NCBI GenBank assembly: GCA_003427395.1
Contig: BFEA01000008.1
Coordinates: forward strand, 1,349,035 to 1,405,123
DNA length: 56,089 nt
Reading direction: 5' to 3'
Origin: Chara braunii
Taxonomy: Eukaryota > Plantae > Charophyceae
The translations under genes were made by a program, and so were the position numbers. The first letter of the stretch is position 1; each line of letters opens with the position of its first letter. A model generated the notes under the pieces. The model was not told where the DNA came from and did not search any database. It saw only the letters and a program-made list of their open reading frames with translations. Of this stretch, positions 48,758-56,089 are shown in pieces.

Positions 48758-49696
48758 TTAGGCTACCAGAGTGGCCCGGGGTCACTTGCCTGGCCCGGCC
48801 AAAAAATAATAATAATAATAAATTAAATAAAACTAAGAAACTATTTTAAAATTTTATTTTTTATTCTAAATTTGGTGACGAATTTCGGTGTGACCCTGGG
48901 TGTGGTCCCATTAGCTGTCAGATAGGAGTTTGGCCGATCCAGTGTGACACGGAGTGGCAGCGGGATGACAGGTTCATTACGAATTTCTGGGGTGAGAAAA
49001 CAGGAGGAAGGCAAAAAAAATAAAAAAAGAAACAGAGACCTCCCACCTGAAATCATGGCAGAGTGCTTCCCAGCCATCAGATCACAAATGATCTGATGGT
49101 GGTGGTTGCAACAACAGTGCAGAAAGTAACTGCCACATTTTCTGGAATAAACTCGACTTCTGTCAGCAGTGATCCTGACACCCTCCATATACTCCGTGAT
49201 TGAAGGAGGGCTCCACCCAATGAGATAATTGCACACAGCAAGCAAAATACTGAAAATCTTCTATCCAGTGGGCCTATGGCCGAGCCGCTTTTTTTTGGGG
49301 TTGGCCATGCCCCCAACGGATTTGAAAAGATTTTGGCGGGAAGCTTCCTTTGCACCAGCATGCCCAGTGTTAAGGAGAGGAGGAGGGGAACCAAGATCTC
49401 CTTACTTTTTCAGGTAATACATGTAAAACACTGACCGTGGGATCACGGCTACTGCACGGCAGGATTTGGGTCACTCAACTGCCACACAAACTCTTTTCTA
49501 TCCTATCCGGTTGCTAGTGGGACCATGCCCCCTGAGGCAAAAGTTGTTCAGTTTATTTTTCTGCATAACATAGTTTTTTTTTCGGTTTTTATTTTTTATT
49601 TTTTATTATTATTATTATTATTTTTATGCTGGGACCTTCCCTGGTCCTTGCACGGGCTGGCCACCCAGGACCTGGGCGGCCCGGCTGGTAGCCTAG
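48758..49696 (+). mobile_element. 939-bp non-autonomous DNA transposon, (C/T)TAGGCTACCAG TIR, perfect 8-bp TSD
   Basis: gttcctgc (48750-48757) ttaggctaccagagtggccc ... ggcggcccggctggtagcctag gttcctgc (49697-49704). Interrupts a CTG/CTA-rich low-complexity tract. Confidence 0.88.
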
Positions 49697-49996
49697 GTTC
49701 CTGCTGCAATTTCTTCCTCAGTTACCCTTGCAACTCTTCCTTCTGGTGCTACTGTTGCTGCCACTACTTCTGTTACACCTGCTGCTAGTAGTACTGTTGC
49801 TGCTATTATTCCCGCTGCCATTACTTCTGTTGTCAGTACTCCTGCTGCTACTACTGCAGCTGCTCTGCTATGGCTGCTCCTGGCACCAACTACCGCTACT
49901 GCTGCACTGCTGCTGCTACTACTATCAGTAGTATTACTGCTGCTTCTTCTACTGGTAATTCTACACCTACTGCTGTTGCTACTATTACCGTTGCTA

Positions 49997-50345
49997 CCTA
50001 TGAAACCGCATGTTCATTGAACGTGTTTTTTGCGTTCAGAAACTGAACGCTTAGAACGCGTGCGTTCAATGAACGCACGTTCTCAACTTGTAACGGGTTT
50101 GCGGCTATAGAAAAACGGAATATAAACAGCAGCAAAAAAAAAAAGCGAAAAAAAACTCACCTGAGTCTGTGTGTGTTGTCATATCCGCTATACATAAAAA
50201 AAAGGCATTACTCTGCCAGACTGTTTTTTGGACTTTCACCGAGTCTGTGTGTGTGTGTGTGTGTAGAAGAGCACGTGCGTGTCCGTGTGTGTGTGTGTGT
50301 GTGCACTTGCACGCAGTTCACACACACGCACGAACACGTGCACGA

Positions 50346-50377
<32 letters not shown>

Positions 50378-51146
50378 ACACTCACACACACTCTAGCACG
50401 TGTGTGCATCGTTTATGTTTTTCTTTTGCCCGCCACAACTTTATCCACCTCCTCCTCTTCACCTTCTTCTTCCTCCTCCTCTCCCCCTCCTCCTCCTCCT
50501 CTTCTTCTTCTTGGTTGTCCGCCCTGTCCTCCTCCTCCTGCTCGTTCTCCTCCTCCGCCTCCTCCTCCGCCTCCTCCTCCTGCTCTGAGAATGTGCCACA
50601 TGGCACTTGCTGTCTTTTTTTATTTATTTATAGACCTGCTGTAACTACTACTCCTCTTCTTTTTCCTCGACCTTCTCCACTTCCTCCGCCACATCTTTCG
50701 CCTCCTCCCATGGACGACGCTCCCCCCATCGCCCCCGCTGCCCCCAACGCCGTTGCTGCTCCCGCCGCTGCCCCCAATCCCCTGGATGATGCTGCTCCCA
50801 CCATCGCCGCCCCCGCAGTTCCCCCCCCCCCCCCCCCCTCCCCCAACTAGCCAATCAATCAATCGATTAATCGATCAATTAATCAATCAATCAATCAATC
50901 AATCAATTAATCAATCAATCAATCAATAAATAGTTCCATACACACACACACACTTCGTGCTCTTTTTTTTTTTTCCAACTGCGTGCGCCCTCTGGTGGCT
51001 TCTGACACGCGCATGCTGACGGGGGGTGCATATTCAGTTTTCTCCTATCCTATGCCATGTGGTGCTATTGAACGTGTGCTCATGCGCTTTGAATGCGCAC
51101 GTCTGCACGTGAACGCATGTTCGACGCGCTCAAACAGCAACATAGG
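49997..51146. mobile_element. Possible non-autonomous EnSpm/CACTA-like element
   Basis: Short TIR cctatg/catagg, 3-bp flanks cta/cta, clustered gaacgc/gcgttc subterminal motifs at both ends. Interrupts an otherwise continuous CTG/CTA tract. Confidence 0.4.
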
Positions 51147-51504
51147 CTACTGCTGTTGTTGTTGCTAGGATTGCTACTATCACTGATAGTATTGCTACTG
51201 CTGCTTCTGCTCCTCATCCTCGTTCTGTTGCTGCCGGTTCTTGCTGCTGCTGCCCGTACCAGTACTACTGTTGCTGCTGCTGCTGCTCCAAGTGCTGCTC
51301 GGTTCCTTTCACTGCTCTTTTTTTGCTGCTGCTTCTACTGTTGTTTTTGTTGCTGCTCCTAGTGCTGCTCTGCTTGTCGCACTCCTGCTGCTGCTTGCAC
51401 CACTGCTGGTCCTGCTGCTCCTTCTCCTGCTCCTCCTGCTGCTGCTCCTGTTGCTCTTGCTGCTGATCCTGATACTCCTATTACTGCTGCTGCTATTCGT
51501 ACTT

Positions 51505-51570
<66 letters not shown>

Positions 51571-51970
51571 TTGCTACATGTGCTTCTGCTTCTAGTCCTC
51601 CTGTTGTTGCTGTTCTGGCGGTTGCCCCTATTGATCCTCTTGCCGCTGCTGCTCCTACTAATGTTGCTGCTCCTTCCAGAACTTGCTTCTGATCCTGCTA
51701 CCGCTGCTCTTACATCGACGACTGCTGCTGTGGTTGCTTCACCTACTGCTTTTGCTGCTGCCGCTTCTACTGTTGCTTTGCTCCTCCTGCTCTTTTTGCT
51801 GCTGCACCTGGTGCTGCTGGTGCTGCTTGTATTGCTCCTACTGCTATGGCTGCTGTTGCTCCTCCTGCTGGTCCTCGTGGTCCTATTGCTGCTGCTGCTG
51901 CTGCTGCTACTCCAACTGGTGTTGGCTCTACTGTTGTTGGCTCTTCTGCCATTGGTACTACTGCTGCAAT
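51147..51970. repeat. CTG/CTA/CTC trinucleotide low-complexity tract
   Basis: Directly visible; similar tracts at 45955-46300, 48250-48757 and 49697-49996. Confidence 0.9.
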
Positions 51971-53352
51971 CAGACTTGTCGCAACTTCGCTCAGCATGCA
52001 TGCACGCAGACGAGGAACACAACTTGGCGCTCAACAGCCACACAAAAACTCAGAGATAGAACGTGGCCAGGAACACAGTTCAGACGCAAACTAGTCTCAA
52101 ATGGCTATGGCGGCCAGCGCCCACAAAGAGTCCCACCCGATCAATTGTATCTACCAGCAACTTGTTTGCACACACGCACTCTCACACGCTCACTAGGATC
52201 ACCCTGAATGTCCCACTCACACACCTACACGACATCCACTCACTCCCTATCACTAACCTACATGGTACTATGGCTGCCATCTCCCTCTTCCTACTAACTT
52301 GCGGCTATGGCCGCGTCTTCCTCCTCTTAGCCCTCTTTCTTCCATGGGCACCTGCAGACCTCCGAACACAAGACGCTCCGACAGTGCTTCCACACAGCTC
52401 ACAGGCATCGTTGGTCTGTCGTTGGACCCTGGGCCTGGGGTGTACACAGTCCCACATCGTACAGTCTTGCTGACTGGACAAAGTGCAACCGGGACTGGGC
52501 ACCGCTGGCTGGACTAGGTAGGCCTGGGACTGCCCTTTGCTGACTGTACTAGGACTGCCTCTCGCTGACTCAGCTACGGACTGACCCCTACGACCTACTA
52601 AGAGCCAGTTCTAGAGCTTCCGAAAGGTCGTAGACTGGCTCTTAGTAGATTTTCCTGGGTAGGAAGGTACGACCCGCTAAAAATGTTTAGCAAGAGGAGT
52701 GGGGCAGAAGCATGTTGAAATGAAAGGGGACCTCTCTTAGGGTGAGGTCATACTAGGATACTCGCTTTCTTTTCTTTTTTTTTTTAATAAAAAAATTAAA
52801 AAAAGAAAAAAAAATCTCAGGTTGTTGTAGAGGTTGGGTTTCTAGACATATGAGGGGTGCCTTCGGCACTTGGCTATGCGGTATTCCTATGGAACTTCCC
52901 TTCCAACCTACCACTTCCGTAATTTCCACAGTAGAAGCGGCAGCAGCAAAAGCAGTAGCTGAAGCAACCACAGCAGCAGTCGTCGATGTAAGAGCAGCGG
53001 TAGTAGGATCAGAAGCAAGTTCTGGAAGGAGCAGCAACATTAGTAGTAGGAGCAGCGGCAGCAAGAGGACCACCAGTTCACATGAACCTAAGTAGTGCTC
53101 TTACTGGTATACGCAATAAGAGCACTTGGCTTCGGCCCTAGGCGGCTGATGGGGAGAGGGGGGGGCATAACCGGGAATCATGGGAATGTGCTGATGCGGC
53201 TCACAATCATGGTGGTGGCCTATGATCTAGGCAGGAAGGTGGGTGGCATTTTTTTTTTTTTTTGGTTTTAACCAAAACAAGAAATGGCTTCTTATAGGCC
53301 CACCCAGCTCCTTATCCAGGCAATTCAGACATCATCATTGTGCTCACCAGCC

Positions 53353-53419
53353 CCAGGCAATTCAGGCAATTCAGGCAATTCAGGCAATTCAGGCAATTCA
53401 GGCAATTCAGGCAATTCAG
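53353..53419. repeat. (CAGGCAATT)7 tandem repeat
   Basis: Directly visible. Confidence 0.95.
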
Positions 53420-54720
53420 AAATATCTGGTTTTATTCGTTTTGTTATGACCCGCCAAAACACAGACTGAGAACACTGCTGATTTCTGGGATTTGCTGCTG
53501 GAATGAATGCCTTGCTGAGATTCCCGCATTCTGCTGTGGTTTCCAAGTCTGTGTGTGTGTGCGTGCCTGCTGGTTTGCATGCCTGTCTGAGTGCTTGTCG
53601 GCTGAGTGTGTGTGTGACCGGCAAGGGTACTTGTTGGTTGAAAGGCCCCGCAGGGCAGGTACTTACCTGTGGCCGTGACTTTGAGGGTTGCAGCGGGGAA
53701 AAACACTCAAGTAACGGGGGTAGGCCCGCGACACTTAGAGCAGCGGGAAAAACACTCAAGTAGCACGTAGGCCAGTACCACTCAAGTAGTGGTAGAAGTG
53801 TCGGGTACTGGAGGCCGAGCAGAAGAAGACAAAAAGTTAGCATTTTTAGAGGCCCAGTAGCGGTAGGAGAGAGGTAGGCCGGTACCAGTCCAAGTAGCCT
53901 GAGTCTAGGGCCTGTCCGGACGATAGCAGAGCCTGCAATGATGTTTCCCTCCGAAAGGGAGGAGGTACCGGTTGCTGGGAGGCCGCTCGGCCTAGGAAGT
54001 CACCACCCAAGAGGCCAGTAGGCCGCTATATCTTCCGGAGGAGCAAGCAGCTCCTCATTTGCGGTATGCAAGGATTGGTGACATGCTGCTGAGCCAAGCG
54101 CTGGACTTGTGCAGCGCTGCCTGGAGGAGAAGGGCAGCTGGGCGCCCAGCCTGGCTATGGCGAGCAGCCCAGTTTGAGGAGGAGGAAGAAGGGGGCGAAG
54201 GAGGAGAGTGGCGAGGTACCTACCTGGCTATGGTGGACACCATCTTCCTCACCTTGTTGGGCGCTGCATCTGGAAGGCCCCAGTTGGGGTAGTGCTGCAC
54301 CAAGGAAGCTCGAGGTAGAGTCAGGCATGGCGGCTTAGTCAGCAGCGGCATAGCTGCTTTGGGTTGTCCTTTGGACAGGAGTGCAGCGACATAGCTGCTT
54401 TGCGTTGTCCTTTGCACAGGAGGGCTGAGCCCTCAGTAGTCTGCCATAACCTAGGCATGTGAGAGGTGGAAGGAGGGAAGCTATAGCTATGGTGGACCTG
54501 TTGTTGTTGTTGTTGTTGTTGTGTCAGCAGTAAGAGGGAACTTCGGACATTGATTCTGGTTCATCCACTCATTGTTATTATTATTATTGGGAGAAGAAGT
54601 GAAGGAGCTGGAGGAAGGTGGAGATCCTTCTTCTTCTTCTTCTTCTTCTTCTTCTTCTTCTTCTTCTTCTCCTTCTTCTTCTTCTTCTTCTTCTTCTTCT
54701 TCTCTTCTTCTATATTAGAA

Positions 54721-54795
54721 CCATCATCTGGATTCAAACTCTGTTCTATATTTCAACAGTTCACGGGTGTACCCACTGAGCTATAGCCTCTTGGG
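54721..54795 (-). mobile_element. tRNA-like SINE head followed by (GAA)n tract
   Basis: Minus strand tagctcagtgggtacacccgtgaactgttgaaatatagaacagagtttgaatccagatgatgg: good A box and B-like box; (TTC)n at 54628-54710. Confidence 0.6.
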
Positions 54796-55126
54796 TACTC
54801 TCAGAACATGATAGAATTCCCACTTGGATGCTTCCCCACATTACAGGCCCGGGAACCCTGGCTGCATTTATTACTGCCATTCAGGAGGATTAGCTACCAG
54901 TCAATCCCATACCTTTGCACAACACAAGGTCTAAGGCTATCACTATACCCCCCCAAAAACGTACTGAAAACAAGCCTTGAAATCTCGCTCAGGTACCTAG
55001 ACAATTGACTGATCCGTCCTATTTATTCTAAGACTCAGAGAGGCACAGTCTTGTTCCTGAACTAGAGATCCCTTTTTTAAAGTTTTTTTTTTTAATTATT
55101 GTTTTAATAAAAAAAGAAAAACAATA

Positions 55127-55209
55127 AATTTAAACCATTTCTTGATATATGCTTGTCGTCCTTGCGCAGGGGCTATGCTAATCTTCTCTGTATTGTTCCA
55201 ATTTTAACG
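55127..55209 (-). pseudogene. U6: Degenerate, 5'-truncated U6 snRNA copy
   Basis: Minus strand cgttaaaattggaacaatacagagaagattagcatagcccctgcgcaaggacgacaagcatatatcaagaaatggtttaaatt. Possible TSD gagatcc at 55065-55071 and 55210-55216. Confidence 0.88.
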
Positions 55210-55993
55210 GAGATCCGTTTTCTTTTTATAATTATTTTTTTAAAGCCCAGGGTGTTGTAGAGGCCAGTTACTAGCCACACATTGATCACCTGGAGCGGTC
55301 AGCCATAGTTGTCCTGAGGGAACGAGGCTACCTCCCATCCCATCCTCACGTCAATAGTCCCAGTGCACCCCCTATCTCTACTACCCTACCTCAGTGTGAC
55401 CAGCACTCAGGACCATTACCCTACTAGTATGGAGGGGAACTTGGACTGAACAATAGCGACAGGCACCAGGGCTAGCCATGACCCAGCCCCGGTGGAAGCG
55501 AAGTCGAACGAACCTCGTCGCACGGGAACTTCGGACACCAGGCCCAAGCAATCTCCTACTAGCCCCTAAGTTGACCAACTAGTAACTCACGCGCTCTACT
55601 CGCCCACCACAGTGCTAGCTGACTTTTCCAGTTTTTAATTTTTAACAAGTGGACCCGCTGCAGCTACGCTGCGGCAGTGGAGGGAGAGAGAAGGTGGAGG
55701 GGGGGGGTTGGTGAGGGGAGAAGAAAAGGCGGAGAAGAAGGGCAAGAGGTGAAAGGGAGAGGGGATGGAAGAAGGTATGGAAGGAAGGGGAATGAATGCA
55801 ATGCATGGAAAAAATGAAAGTGAAAGATTATTATCACAGAAAGAATTTGCACTGGATTGAGCATTGAATGACTATTATTAGACATAGAAGGTACAGTGTT
55901 TTCTGTCCGTTTGTTGTTGTCCTTTTAATTGTAGTCTAGGGCACACGCAGTGAGGTAAGTCTCCATCTTGGCGGGTGCTGTTGTCTTGTAGTG

Positions 55994-56089
<96 letters not shown>

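Noticed and set aside
51241-52059. Long poly-Leu/Ser/Ala ORFs (also 45902-46315, 48309-48849)
   Set aside because: Open frames are a by-product of CTG/CTA repeats lacking stops.

Overview
Repeat-dominated eukaryotic nuclear DNA from a streptophyte; a charophyte alga is the best guess, by inference only. It is a draft assembly with three N gaps and two untrimmed Nextera mate-pair junction adapters. Only one clearly intact host gene is recognisable: an intron-less THUMPD1/TAN1-like ORF (36809-39175) swollen by low-complexity insertions. A ~3 kb mosaic of organelle DNA (5.4-8.4 kb) holds plastid trnK exon 1 and mitochondrial nad3, rns, atp1 and cob pieces, with group II intron ends and a LAGLIDADG endonuclease remnant. 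The rest is mobile or repetitive DNA: a decayed Helitron, a 5'-truncated L1/Tx1-type LINE, an internally deleted PIF/Harbinger, a nested family of 8-bp-TSD DNA transposons with unrelated interiors, MITEs, a tRNA-like SINE family, two U6 snRNA retrocopies and many mini/microsatellites. The most unusual signal is a short repeat family that always ends in (AT)n tracts and carries a hammerhead-ribozyme core (19296-19515, 46653-46921, 301-370).
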